64,000 bases of DNA from Octopus vulgaris (GCA_951406725.2 OX597818.1:99262001-99326000); one strand, 5' to 3'; counted from the stretch's first letter, positions 39,975 to 53,671 are shown. The notes: generated by a model not told the origin, from the sequence alone. Translations and numbers: made by a program.

Positions 39975-42747
39975 TTATATATCAGGATGGAGCCAAAATG
40001 CATGATAACATATTAAAGTAAGTTAAAGTTCAATGCACAAAAACAAATAAGGGCAATCCATTCACAAAGAGAAGAGGGTACCATCTGTGTTTGATTAAGC
40101 GATTAAGAAACTGCACATCTCAAATCACCTTCTGTGAATGAGAACTTCTGAATTTGTCTGTGAGAATCTTTGATTTTTATTCAAGTAGAAAAACCTCCTA
40201 GATTGTCTGAGCAGCACCCCACTTTAAACTGCTATTGATGAAGTTTTCAACAAATAACCACAACCACCCTCTTAGGCCCCAAGTATTCCTTCTCCATTCT
40301 TCTCAATCCACATTTATTTATTTTGTGTCTTTTAGTTTTTTTCCAGCAGTTCACATATGCTATGATTGTTCATTTGTATTTCATGAAATTCAAGCTCTCC
40401 AAGGGTAAGTGATCCCCTTTGTGAGAAACTTTCTTCTTCGTACACACATTTGTACTGGGCTCACTTTTTTTTGCCTTCTCTGTTTTTTTAATGTCGTTGT
40501 TTGTCTCTGTCATTTCGTCAAACTTCATCTCTTCCCTATCATTACAAGATGGTTGGGTGGAGTTGCTGCTTGCAGTATCTGGTTGATTTCATACTGAAAG
40601 AGAAGACCCTACTAAGCTCAATGTCATGAGCACCAAATATCTCATGGCATTATGAGATGATTCCACCCGTCTTTTACTTTCACCTTGGCTATCATCTAAT
40701 TTACACCACTAGAAGTCTGCTGTGGCCACCACTTCTGCAACTGTTCACTTCTATCTTCTTTCCTTTGCAGTTCCTCTTCTGAGTAGAAGCAGAAACATCT
40801 TAAGAGACTTTTACTATCTCATTGAAGTAACTAGGGAGTAAGCTTCATAGATTTTGGGAGTCACTAGGATCTAGACGTTCATGTGGACCCCACTTGATTA
40901 CATATTGCTTGTCATGTTTGTATTCATGACATGCCTGCATTATGCTACAAAGGTGATCATGTGCCAAGAGTCAAAGTCTACACTAATGGCTCTTGCGTTT
41001 ATCCTACCCGTATATTGCAGGACCATGTATGTGCATGATCTCTACTTGATGTTTCACATTATCCTCAGTCTTAAATATTACATATATATCTTCGTACGTC
41101 CTGTCTATAATCACTAAGCATATTTTCAGCCACACATTAGCCAAAGCTCTCTCCAAGTCTTTTGAGGGCACATGAAAAATTCTTCTGTTAAAAACAGAGG
41201 TACATCAGTTTTTTCTTTGTTCTTTCTTGGTAAATTGTTTAGACAGAGGCACAGTTTTTTTTTATGAATCTTTTATACTTGCTCTTTTGTGGGTCGTTGA
41301 CTCATATTGAGTACCTTCTTTTGTCTCACAGTGGTTGCAAAGATGAGTCATTATTGTTATCTGACATCGAAGCTTGAATTTTTCCCCTTTTGCTTTCCTG
41401 TTTCTCAAATTTAACCATATTTTTAATTGTCTGTTAGTTTCATTGCTATTTTTACTTGTTTTCTTTTTTTTTTTCTTTAATTTGTTTTTGTGTCTCCAAA
41501 AACAGGTGACATGTTTATTGCTAACCTCATTGAGGCTTGTACCTTTTTCTGCTATCTTAGTTGTGGTAATTTTGGATTACAAATAAACTTTTACAAATAG
41601 TTGCTTTTCAAAATTATATACATATTTTAAAAAACAATATTTAGCTGTGCCTCCTTTCCCAACCCAAGTAAAGGGGAGCAGATATTCAAATATTTCAAAG
41701 CCTTTTGAGAAGAATCCCCAAAACATCTTTTTCTTTAAATAATCCTGGAAAATATCTCCTAAATAGAGCTTTGTGAACTGTGAGTAATAACAGGAGAACC
41801 ATTTAGGTAATGCTGTGGTTTTTTCCCATTCATCTACCCATCCGTCCAACCATCTGTTCGTCTATCTGTCCGTCAGTCTGTCCAGATCAATGAAATTATT
41901 TCTTCTTGTAAGTGAACAACCCCACGTCAATTCTGATTGAAGAGTTCTTTCATTTCTGACCATTCCATTATATATTTTTAATCACAGTGTCTCCAGCACT
42001 ACATTATCCAATGTGAGGAACTGTGTAGAGGCTCCGTTTTTGGTTCATAAAAATAGGAGTAATATACTAGTGTCTACTCTGTTGATTATACTTTCCCACT
42101 AAAATTGATCTTTTATTATGAGTTATCAAGTAGAGGATTGCGGTAGTGGTGATGGTGGTGGTAATGACGATGACGATGATGATAATAACGATGATGATAA
42201 TAATAATGATGATGATAATGACAACTAGATTGGTGATTATGCTATAGCAAGTGAAATACCTCATTGTTTTAGAAATATACCTTCCACCGCCCCACTGCCA
42301 CGTCTCTGTCTCTTTCACTCACTCACTCTCATTCAACGTAAACTTATTCACAAAACTGGAGAAGAAAAATAATGAAATCGAAATAAAGCACTACTTTTAA
42401 TTAAAATGCTGAAGTTTTTATAGAAGTGGGGAATATGAAAGCAACATATTGAGCTTTTGTTTTTTATAATTGTTTTCTTTGTGAAAGTGGTGTTGTTAAT
42501 GATGATGATGTTATAGTTGTATGCAGTCCACTGGACCGTGTACATATGCATCTCTTAATTGTAGATGGAAATGGGGTGAAGTTAGAGAAGTATGGAGATT
42601 GGAGGGAGAATGGTAGAAACAGATTTAATGGTCTTTGTTATTTTTTCTTTCATATTTTGCTTATGTTTGTTATGTATTTTTGTTTGTGTTAGCATTGTAT
42701 TATTTAAAATACAATTACTGAAACTAAACTAACAACTCCCTGAGAAG

Positions 42748-42789
<42 letters not shown>

Positions 42790-44258
42790 CGACTAACAGC
42801 AATAATGATGACATGAGTGTGCTTCCACTTATTTAAGTTGTTCGACTTGCTAGAAATAGTGGCAACACCCTCAAATCACAGACTACCATCTGAGAAATCG
42901 AAAGAGCATATCATATTATGTGTTGATAGATGTGCCTCAAAAAGACAGTAACAGTGGAAACATGTTTCATCTTAAGTCACTTTGATCATGATTGACTTGA
43001 GACTAAATGCTGACGACAATAATATGCCAACGTGTGAGCTGCACCTAATCTCTCAATCTGTTAGAAAAAGCAGTCAAATCACTCTCAGATAACATGCTGC
43101 TAAATGGAATGATACATTGAATAAATGTAATTTTACACTATCTTATGGTAATGGCTTAAAGTTTTGGCACAAGGCTAACAATTTTGGGGAGGGGGTAATT
43201 CAATTACATCGACCTCAGAATTCAACAGGGACTTTATTTTATTGACTACAAAAGGATGAAATGCAAAGTCAACCTTGGGAGAATTTGAACTCAGAATGTA
43301 AGGACGGATGAAATGCCACTAAGCTTTTTGAGACTATCTCTCATAATTATAATACCTTGTATGTGCATATGATATGATTCTAGAGATGGGCATCCCATTC
43401 ATCCGTCAAACCCGGCACACAACATAGTGTGCATGCATAAGCATAACACTATTTATTACACATAGGCACTTAACATGTATATAGAGAAATCATCTATGCA
43501 CTCACCCAAGAAAATTTCAGATGTTCAGTGACAGAACTGAGTCAATAGTTTATTAAATACATATAACTTCATACAAAAGTTTTGAGTACTTTCTTCACTG
43601 ACAGCAGCAGGAATTGAAAATATCATGAAGTAAAACAATGCAGGACAACGTTTGCGTCATCACATGAACTCGTGACTAAGTCTATAGAATACAACTAAGG
43701 AACAGATGTGCAATGTTAGTCAAATTGTAAATTTTGCCTATTCTATCCACTGATTGTCTCCCACTTCAGACACTTAAACTAACAAGCTAGCAAATATTCA
43801 ACTCCAGCACTCCACATCACTCACTGGAATTGGTAATTTCAATTTTCTATCAATGGTTTCCACTTAGGGAAGACATCATTTCGATTTCTTGTAGTTTACT
43901 CGTCTTTTCATTAGAAATCTATTGTTTAGCATACAGGAGACTGATAATTAATCAAATATTAATCAAGAACTCTTCGTTCAATTCGGAAACAGATTTGAGC
44001 TTTGTGGTAACTTCATTTACACTAACACATACATATAGCCTACTTGCACATACACACACGGGCGCGCGTACGCGCACACACGCACGCACGCACGCGCAGT
44101 ACATTATGCCATTATGTTTGTCAGTGAGCTCAAAAAGAATTTAGATATTACACATATATACTACACATAACGGTAGTAGACAGGTGTCTGAGAAAATGTC
44201 TTGCATCATTTGTTCTGAGTTCATATCGATCTGTGTTCATATCCATTCATATACAAGA

Positions 44259-44820
44259 CGGTGAGCTGGCAGAAACGTTAGCACGCCGGGCGAAATGCGT
44301 AGCCGTATTTCGTCTGGCGTTACGTTCTCAGTTCAAATTCCGCCGAGGTCGACTTTGCCTTTCATCCTTTCGGGGTCGATAAATTAAGTACCTTTTACTC
44401 ACTAGGGTCGATATAATCGACTTAATCCGTTTGTCTGTCCTTGTTTGTCCTCTCTGTGTTTAATAAAGAAATAGGTATTTCCTCTGTCTCGATTTTGCGT
44501 TTCACCCTTTCGAGGTCGATAAATTAAGTACCAGTTACGCATTAGGGTCGATGTAATCGACTTAATCCCTTTGTCTGTCCTTGTTTGTCCCCTCTATATT
44601 TAGCCCCTTGTGGGCAATAAAGAAATAAGAAACGTTAGCACGCCGGGCGAAATGCTTAGCGGCATTTCGTCTGTCTTCATGTGCTGGATTCAAATTCCGA
44701 GGTCGACTTTGCCTTTCATCCTTTCGGGGTCGATAGATTAAGTACCAGTTGTGTACTAGAGTCGATCTCATCGACTGGCCCCTTCTCCCAAAATTTCGAA
44801 CCGTGTGCCTAGAGTAAAAA
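44259..44820 (+). mobile_element. SINE S2 composite/multimer
   Basis: Three occurrences of the cctttc-ggggtcgata-attaagtacc core, two heads and two different tails. Confidence 0.85.
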
Positions 44821-44984
44821 AAAAAAAAAAAAAGCATATCCATTCATATACATTTGCCCTTTATCGTTCTGGAGGCAATAAATGAATTACCATACAAGTA
44901 TTGGAGTAGATATAATTGACAGTGGATCTGTAATAACATTCAATGGAATGGTATGGTATGGTATAGTGGAGCTGAAATTCTCAC

Positions 44985-45259
44985 CCGACCGTGAAACTGA
45001 CGATAGCTGAAGTGATACATTGGCTGGAGTACACGGTCGTCACATCTGTATTGTCCATCTGTAAATCTTCACATCAGTGATACACGCGCGAACCTTGTCA
45101 TACACTCGGTAAACTGTCCTTCTTCAAAAAGAAAACGTAAAAGAAGACACCTACCTCAAATACATACTGTTTGAATGAGCTATCAGGCGAAACAAAGTTC
45201 TTGTCAAAAACGGAATGCAAAATAAATTCAACCGTATTTTCATTACTGAGTCTCTTCAT
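44985..45259 (-). other. Candidate 5' exon(s) of a second minus-strand transcript
   Basis: GC/CpG-rich unique patch just right of the CpG-depleted block; donor-like sites CGG|GTGAGA (44984) and GAG|GTAGGT (45154); short ATG-initiated frames run into both. Confidence 0.25.
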
Positions 45260-45371
45260 CAGTTAATATTCTATTTTTCTTAGTTTGTTTAATATAATAA
45301 ACTTAATTTTGCACGCGAGTGCGTACACTGATTTGTATATTCGTAAGCATATACATATACGCGTACACACA

Positions 45372-45513
<142 letters not shown>

Positions 45514-46435
45514 TTATATATATATGTGCATACATATCTCTAATATAATATATATATATATACAAATATATGTGTATATACATGTATACGTATATATATA
45601 TATATGTATATGTGTTGTGTTGTGTGTGTGTGCATATAAGTGTATGTATGTATGTATGTGTGTGTGTATGTATATATGTGTGTGTAAGCAGACATAAATA
45701 TATATGAATGTGTATGAAAGAAAAAGAAAGAGAAGGAGATGGAGAGAGAAGTCAGTGGAACTTTCTAACAATAGGCATTGTCATAGAATGCTATCTAGAC
45801 AAAACGTTTTATGTAAGCCAACAAAAGAAGGCTACTTCAAAAGGATTTGTCTGTGACACTCTGCTCTGCTGCTAAAGTAAACTTGATACCGCTTTCAAGA
45901 ACCTCTAACAAATTTGTCGACATTTGGATTGAATAGTCAGACTATTCACGCTTTTCCTTCAAGTTGTGCTGAGAGTTTTCCTAGCTTCATATTTTCACAC
46001 AGAAATGTGAACATTCGCATAAAGATACACGTATGTATGGACGTATACTTTCATAACACAAAACTGTGTATATCCACATAGACATACATACAAAATGAAG
46101 AAAACCTATAAAACACACACATTCGATGATACAGATATGATTGTAGGAATATACACACACACGCCACATGCACGTACACGCACATATGCATATTTTTGTA
46201 TGGACTTATATACGCGCGCATGAATATGAGTGCTTCAGAAACTACAAAGCAAGTTAGAAAGGAAAAAGTAAATAAAAAAAAAAGCATAGCAAACGCAAAG
46301 GTTTACACATTTATCTTATATTGCAATATTTCTTTTTAAAAAGCGTTTATCAAGAGAAAATGGTGTCTGCGTTAAACTATAATTGGCACGATGGAGAGAG
46401 TGACACACATAGATTGGTAGCTATATTGGCTAATT

Positions 46436-46818
46436 AGCATCGCACGCCTCCTCTCTTGTCTGTTGAGCGAACGGTCTTCGTCCCAGAGCTCGCAAGATGT
46501 GAGAAGTCCGAAACGTGGTCCTTTGCTATTCGTAAGACCCGAAGAAGAGAACGCAGGTCAACCCCCGACACCGAGAGCATCGACGGATGGATGAATGCGC
46601 ATCCAGGCTCAGCGGTTGCGTAGGAAGTCGGGGACAAGAAACAGGAAGAAAGAGTGAGAGAAAGTTGGGGCGAAAGAGTACAACAGGGGTCACCACCACC
46701 CCCTGCTGGAGCCTCGTGGAGCTTTAGGTGTTTTCGCTCAATAAATACACACAACACTCTGTCTGGGAATCGAAACCGCGAGTCCGCTGCGCTAACCACT
46801 GGGTCATTGCGCCTCCAC
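46436..46818 (-). mobile_element. SINE S4 head and body with an alternative tail
   Basis: 46635-46818 matches 4557-4739; 46436-46634 is an unrelated GC-rich segment. Confidence 0.75.
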
Positions 46819-47632
46819 TGCTTTTGATGTTGAGCTATTTGTCTCTAAAACATGTATATCCCTTATATCTAATTTCCCAACACCGGGCTAGGTATGCTAT
46901 TTTTAAGGTTTTATATCAGAATTTCTTTTTATTACAATAGTGTAATCAATTTAAAAGTTATCATCCACTGAATTGCAATAGAAAAGTTTGCTAAACCAGA
47001 TATATTTGACATTCTAACAAACTCATCTAAATTTGATAAGATATGAAGTTATAAGTAAAGAGATTGTAGTATTTCGTTATAACTATGAACCTCGGGCTAA
47101 TTTCTAACATTCTGGAGCTTTTCGTCAAGGAGAAACTGTTGTGAGCTCTCCTAAGGATATATATACCAGTTTCTGTCAACTCTATTTCAAAAGCCCGCTG
47201 AAAAGAGGTATTCCACTAGAATATATTAAAAAATTTTAAGCTCTTGTGATTTTTAAAGCTATATGGCAACCGCGTAGTTTCAGGTTCATTCCCACAGCGC
47301 GGCACTTTGGGCAAGTGACTTATACTATAATCCCGGACCAAGTAATACCTTGTAAGCGAATTTGGTAGATGGAAACTGCGTGGAATCCCGTCGCATATAT
47401 GTATGTTTGTGTTTGTTCACCCGCACCTCACTGCTTGACAGCAGGTGCTGCTTTCTTTACGTCCGTAACTTAGCGGTTCGGCAAAGCTCGATAGAATGAT
47501 TATCAGACATGAAAAATAAGAAAATAAATACTGGGGTTGATTTGTTCGACAAAACCTTCAAGGTAGCGCCTCAGCATGGTCGCAATCCAATGATTGAAAC
47601 AAGTAAAACATATCAGATAAAACACGCGCGCG

Positions 47633-47687
<55 letters not shown>

Positions 47688-48152
47688 CACCTACATATGT
47701 TTAAGTGACTTGATCTGAGACTGTGTTGAAACAAACTATAGCATCGTGAGTCTTGTTCCCTGCATCGACGCAATTATAGCTTTTTTAATATTCCATTATA
47801 CCCATTATTGTTTTATTTTCTGAATGTCTTAATTTAGTATATAAAGTGTTAAAAAAATTCGTCATACATTTACGACCTGGCACTATTGTTATTCATCTGA
47901 AGATAAGGATAAATAGTGTCACGATTTCATAATTGCATGCATATTATACACACAAACATATAAACATTTACACACACAACACACACATATATCGAAACAA
48001 ACATGCACATACACGTACTCACACACACACGCTGTCATACTGTATGCATAAGAGTTCACGAGTGCCATGCATTCGTGCACTTTTAGACGCATATTGGGAT
48101 ACAGATTAGTATAAAGAAAATATCTAGATAGAAAAAGAGATAGGAAGAGAAT

Positions 48153-48197
<45 letters not shown>

Positions 48198-49440
48198 TGA
48201 GAGAGGGGGGTGTAGGATTGATGGTGGTGGGGACAAGACTTAAGATGATGTTTTAAGACTAACAATGATCCAGGGTAACTGAAATGTCTTATCAATTTTG
48301 TGATCAAGTACGTGCAGCTCTACATATAAAAATTATACGATGCAAAGAAGCGAAAAAGACGAATGCTGGAAACATAAATAAATAACTAGAAAATCTGTGT
48401 TCAGTCAGCACACTTCCAGTATGACTTGAATCAAATCTGTCTTCGACATCTGTTGAAGCATATAGACTAGTGAATCAAAAAAAAAAAGTAATAATAATAA
48501 AATAAAATAAAAAATTAAAAAATATATATAAAATTATAAAAATGTTAAAAAATAAAGTTGTAACTAGTTGAAACAAAATTTCACTTACATAAATACATAT
48601 CGAATAAGAACTAAATTTATTGTTGAAAATAACTTATTCAGCACACGATACAAAGAGAAGAAAAGAAAAAAACATAAATGAATAAATGCTTAGCAGTTGT
48701 TTCAATATGCACATCAGCATTTCAAAATTCTATACTATTCTGCATAGATTTCAGAAATAAAAGAGTCTATTAGTCTTTGCCTCTTTCTTTTCCTTTATGC
48801 CTTTCTCGATTTTCCTTCATAACTAATGGTCTACAATGTCTGATTACCCATTATTTTCCTTTTATGTTTAATCTGCGAGTTGAATTTGCATATTGAGAAA
48901 ACAATAAACTGCATTTACGTTTATGTATTTCCATAGCGTATCTATCCGCAGATTCACCAACACCCACCCACTCAGTACTTTCAAACACATTACTATTATA
49001 ATATAGACGTCACATGCAAGTCTGTTTCTCTGCGTGTATCACATAAAACAAGTCTAAGAGAGATGAATATGTGATAGGTTTTATGTGATTTCTTTATTTG
49101 TAGATTTATTGATAGTTTTGTTTTTTTCTTCTTACGACAGTCCTCCTGCCTTTTTTCTTTTGTGTCATTTTTGGCAAGACATCTTTCTTAATTGTTGCTG
49201 CTATTGTTTAGACTCATCTCTATCCTGTTTGAGCATACCTACGATCAAAAGCATTCAAGCCATGGCAATAAAGTCTTTTTTACTTTCATCCATTCAGGAA
49301 TAGTCTATCTCGGTTTACATTATCTACAGTATTCGTTTGTAAAATGGTAGGGTGTGAGCTTTATCGCAATTCGGGCGACCACGTGCAGGATGCTTTTCTA
49401 GATTATTCATTTATCATAATGATTTTTTAATGGTGTTATA

Positions 49441-49767
49441 AGGAGCACTCCATCGGTTACGACGACGAGGGTCCCAGCTGATACGATCACCGGAACAGTT
49501 TGCTCGTGAAATTAACGTGCAAGTGACTGAGCAATCCACAGACACACGTACTCCTAACGTAGTTCTCAAGGAGATTCAGCGTGACATAGAGTGTGACATG
49601 ACCGGCCCTTTGAAATACAGACACAACTCATTTTTGCCAGATGAGTGGACTTGAGCAACGTGAAATAAAGTGTCTTGCTCAAGGACGCAACGCGTCGCCG
49701 GGAATCGAACTCACAATCTTACAATCGTGAGCCGAATGCCTTAACCATTAAGCCACGCGCCTTCACA
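49441..49767 (-). mobile_element. tRNA-derived CORE-like SINE, family S3
   Basis: Minus strand gtggcttaatgg (A box), gagttcgattcc (B box), then ccttgagcaagacactttatttcac. Partial second copy at 55757-55970. Confidence 0.85.
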
Positions 49768-50295
49768 ATGGTGTTATAAGTTAGATTCATTAGGGCTCGA
49801 TCTCACCCAAGAAAAGGCCTCCAGATCTGATAATTTTATTCTCCCTAAAAGAAATGCAGACTGCAGTTTCTATTATTTGTGACAGACATGCCCTTCACTA
49901 AAGGGTGGGGTGGAGGTGGGTACTGGACGGCACTGCACCCTCACTATACAAGGGTCCTCACTCAGGTTTAGAACATACAGTTTACAAAAATCTTCCTGCC
50001 ATACATTTCTTGAAGTCTGACTCACATGCCCGTCGCTAAGGGGGTGCTGCAATACAAATTAGTGCCCAGAATATTCTGAAGCACACCCAAGCACCAAAGT
50101 CTGGCGACGAGCCTGGTGACGGAAGCATAGTGGATAACTTAACCATGCAATATCATTGTTACATAGTTTAATGACCACTCAACTGAAGGAATGCAAGAAA
50201 GATTTCAATATAGTTAAAGTGTTTTCAGATACATCTCCCAACAAATCTGAAATAGAGTAATACCAACGCAGGTAATGTCAATTTTGGATACTTGT

Positions 50296-50570
50296 TCATA
50301 GTTACCAAAGCGCGCGGTACTGACCCCCTGGGGGCGGTGGAAAAATCCAGGGGCCGTTGAATAAAAACGGGGTGATAATGGGGTAGGCAAAACGAGGCAA
50401 TGGATGTAAAAACAATAAAATAATGGGTTTTATTTGTGAAATACAGTTGTTTTGAATTTGCTGCAGAAAGTGGTCTATGTGTGAGATGATGAGTGATGGG
50501 GGGCACTAACTAGGAATGTGAACTGGGTGCCAGTGGGGAGGGAGCCCATGGTGTAGAAGACATTGGCAGG
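50296..50570. mobile_element. hAT-like MITE remnant
   Basis: GC-rich subterminal blocks (gaccccctgggggcgg) around an AT-rich core, ends decayed. Similar remnants at 54947-55215 and a tiny catgcccgtcgc/gcgacgagcctg element at 50025-50115. Confidence 0.4.
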
Positions 50571-51380
50571 TAGGATATTATTGTTGTTGTTGTTGTTTTG
50601 CTCCAAGTCAGCTCTGAGATGAAGTAAATCTTTCATGGAAGGCGTTCTGGCATGACCATCTCGCCTTCTATTCAGATATATAGTATCTAGGACTACCTTG
50701 GTGTAAAATTTTGACTCAAGGCCAGCAATTTCGAGGAGGGGGTAAATCGATTTCATTGACCCCAGTGTTCAGCTGGTACTTATTTCATTGACTCCAAAAG
50801 GATGAAAGGCAAAGAATGAAAGGCACTTGAATGCAGGACGTTAAGTCAGAAAAATGCCTTTAAGCATTTTTTTTTCGACATTCTTACTTTTTAAGAAGGC
50901 AGTGTGTAAATATAATATCAAATATAGTAGTTATTTCGTATAAGGACGTTTAAAGAACAGAAATCACAACGACTACATTAACCATATTACCGAGTGATAA
51001 ATGCAGTGTAAAATCAATATTAACAGAAGGTATCCGAATTGGTAGCTTGTTTCCAACGTTTTTAACGTATCTTTGAAAAAAAATATCTAAATAGGAATTC
51101 TGAAGGGCACTCTAAGTAAAGATGTTGGCAACAGTAATACATTTTCTCAGAAGACATAACCAGCTTCAATTTGATTTTCATGAATGTTGAATATCCTAAA
51201 ATTGTTCTATATCAAACACAATGAGGTTAATAAAAACCAAAGAAGAGAACTTTAATATTTTGCAAAAGAAAGTTTACACATGTTAATAGGTTCAGTGACA
51301 TAATAAAAACTGTCAATTAGCAATAGTTCCAGAACTTTTTACACTTGCTTCTGTTTTTTTTATTTACTTTTATCAATTTA

Positions 51381-51774
51381 CTAGCAGTATCGCCCGGCGT
51401 TGGTCGAGTTTGTTTCTACCCTTTAGAAGTGGAAATTTTGAAAAGTAAAAATTTTGCATTATGTAGCTTGTTATTCTCTTTAAGGGAACATTTTTCTGGT
51501 TGAAATACACCGAAAAATGGCGACACAGCAGTCAAAAAATCGTAAAAAATAGGGATTTTCATAGAAAAAAAGCACCTTTTTGATGTAAATAATTTTTGGT
51601 GTTAACATGGTCCGATTTGAATTTTTTCTTCTACGGAAGGAAGAGCAAGCCTTCTTCTATCATAATCTCAATTTTGGTCAACTAGCGCCGCAGGGTCTCG
51701 GAGGAGATAGTGTTAGTTGAAAGCTACCAAACCTGCCATACACAGACAACTTCAGCTTTATATATAGAGAGAGA
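51381..51774 (-). mobile_element. Non-autonomous Helitron, family A
   Basis: Minus strand reads A|TCTCTCTCTATATATAAAGCTGAAG ... caacgccgggcgatactgCTAG|T; no TSD, canonical A^T insertion. Confidence 0.85.
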
Positions 51775-52465
51775 TTATGATGATGTATATCATCTTGCTA
51801 ACGTTGGAGTCGTAGTATTTGGCTGACTAGCCTCGCTTGTTTGTTGCTTCCACCTGCTATCACTTATTTCCAGGTACGATGGCAGAAGATTGACAAGTTA
51901 GCGTGTTTTTCTGAGTTAAGTCAGCTATGTATTTCTTATCTTGCCAACTTCAAATTGTTTACATTGGCACCTTGGTTACTCTGAAGATAATGTCGTACAA
52001 AGATGTTTTTTTTTTCAAACTTTGCTAGAACTGCAAAGGATTAGAAACTAAAATGTATGTCAAGTCGAGTTATTCGATTGGGCAGATTAGTTCATGAGGG
52101 TGTTCTGTTACTGAGCAACTAACAACCGTTTGTTTTGCATAGTAACGAATTTTTGTTGTAACACCTATTCAACAACAATGGTTGTGTGCATAATGGTTAA
52201 TGCAGAACAAAATAAATAAATTATTTTGAATTCGATCCTTCGGCAAAAAAACAGTTACTATCCATCCATCCATCCATCCATCAATACATAAATAAATAGA
52301 ATAAATAAATATATACATATACATACATACATACATACATGCATGCATACATACATGCATGCATACATACATGCATGCATACATACATGCATGCATACAT
52401 ACATACATACATACATACATACATACATACATACATACATACATACATACATACATACATACATA

Positions 52466-52650
52466 CATGGCATCTGATGTGGGTTTTTTTAAGTCACACA
52501 ATATTTTGAAAGGACACCCACATAGATTGCATATCTGATTTGGACCACCAAGAACTGCAGTTAAGTTCTGATCTTTGTGGATCGTAAAATGTCTTTTGAG
52601 GTCTCCGTTAGATTTGGTATACTTTGCATTGAATTTTCCATTTTCATTTA
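52466..52650 (-). pseudogene. Frameshifted pair of C2H2 zinc-finger remnants
   Basis: ...KSNGDLKRHFTIH, then CNLCGCPFKILCDLK-(frameshift in the A run)-THIRCH = C-x2-C-x3-F-x5-L-x2-H-x3-H. Confidence 0.65.
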
Positions 52651-52761
52651 TACATACATACATACATACATACATACATACATGAATGCATACATTCATA
52701 CATACATACATACATACATACATACATACATACATACATACATACATACATACAAACAAAC

Positions 52762-53671
52762 ATATTACTGTTTATGCAATATGATTGGCCTGAATGTTAC
52801 AGTGGGTTTCGTACCGAATATTGCCACTAGACAACAGTGACATTTCTTTAAAATGCTGGTCGGAAGCGCATAGCCTCTTCTTTAGCGCTCGAGGCACATA
52901 GACCATAGATTTACTCGGCGGTAGCAAACGGGTGGAACGAAATTTTGGAAAAAATAGTTTTTTTTTTTTGTGGGGTTTGAAGAACTAATACAAAATCAGG
53001 AGGAAGAAGGAAGTGTTATTCTATATGGATTGGTATTAGCCAAGGGTGAGGTGAGTAGTTTGTCTTCGTATTGTTCGTATTGTTCTTTAGTTCAAAAAGG
53101 GACATGATCATGTTGACTAACGAGTTTGCGTTCATAATTTCATTTTCCGAGTTCAGGAAAGCATCAAGAACGTGTGAATGTTTTATAACGATCCTATTCT
53201 CCGCCAAAGTCTGCAGCACCTACATGTACATAAGTTTATATCTATATATGCTCTCTGTCTATCTATCTGTCTGTCTCTTCCGCTCTTTCTTTTACACACA
53301 CACACACATCTATTTCTGTGCACACACATAGACACACATGCAAGCAGTCAGTGACGGCGAGAAAGCCGAAACTTCGAAGTCACTGTTAATCTTTTCCTAG
53401 TAAAAATGCACACACACACACACACACAAAGGTTTCAGAGTTACATTAGCTTACTTTATAATTTAATATAAAATACTGTGTTGAAACTGAAATAGTTACA
53501 TTGTGGAAATGTTATGCTAGCCATGCAGTAAATTTCTGCGAGTGACCAGGTCATAGAAATCTGCTAAAAATGGTCAATACTTCGTGGCAATCTTTGAGCC
53601 TGTTAAAATATAAATGAAAGTTGTGAATGATTTAGTTTTAGTTTGTTTTCACATGGCTAACATTGCTCTTG

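Noticed and set aside
40040-41400. Possible host exons in moderately GC-rich stretches (also 20900-22050 and 31545-31960)
   Set aside because: Multiple stops in all frames; they look like ancient transposon debris I cannot classify.
44985-45125. In-frame TGA read as selenocysteine (..RVSLM*RFTDGQY..)
   Set aside because: No selenoprotein motif recognised and no SECIS visible.
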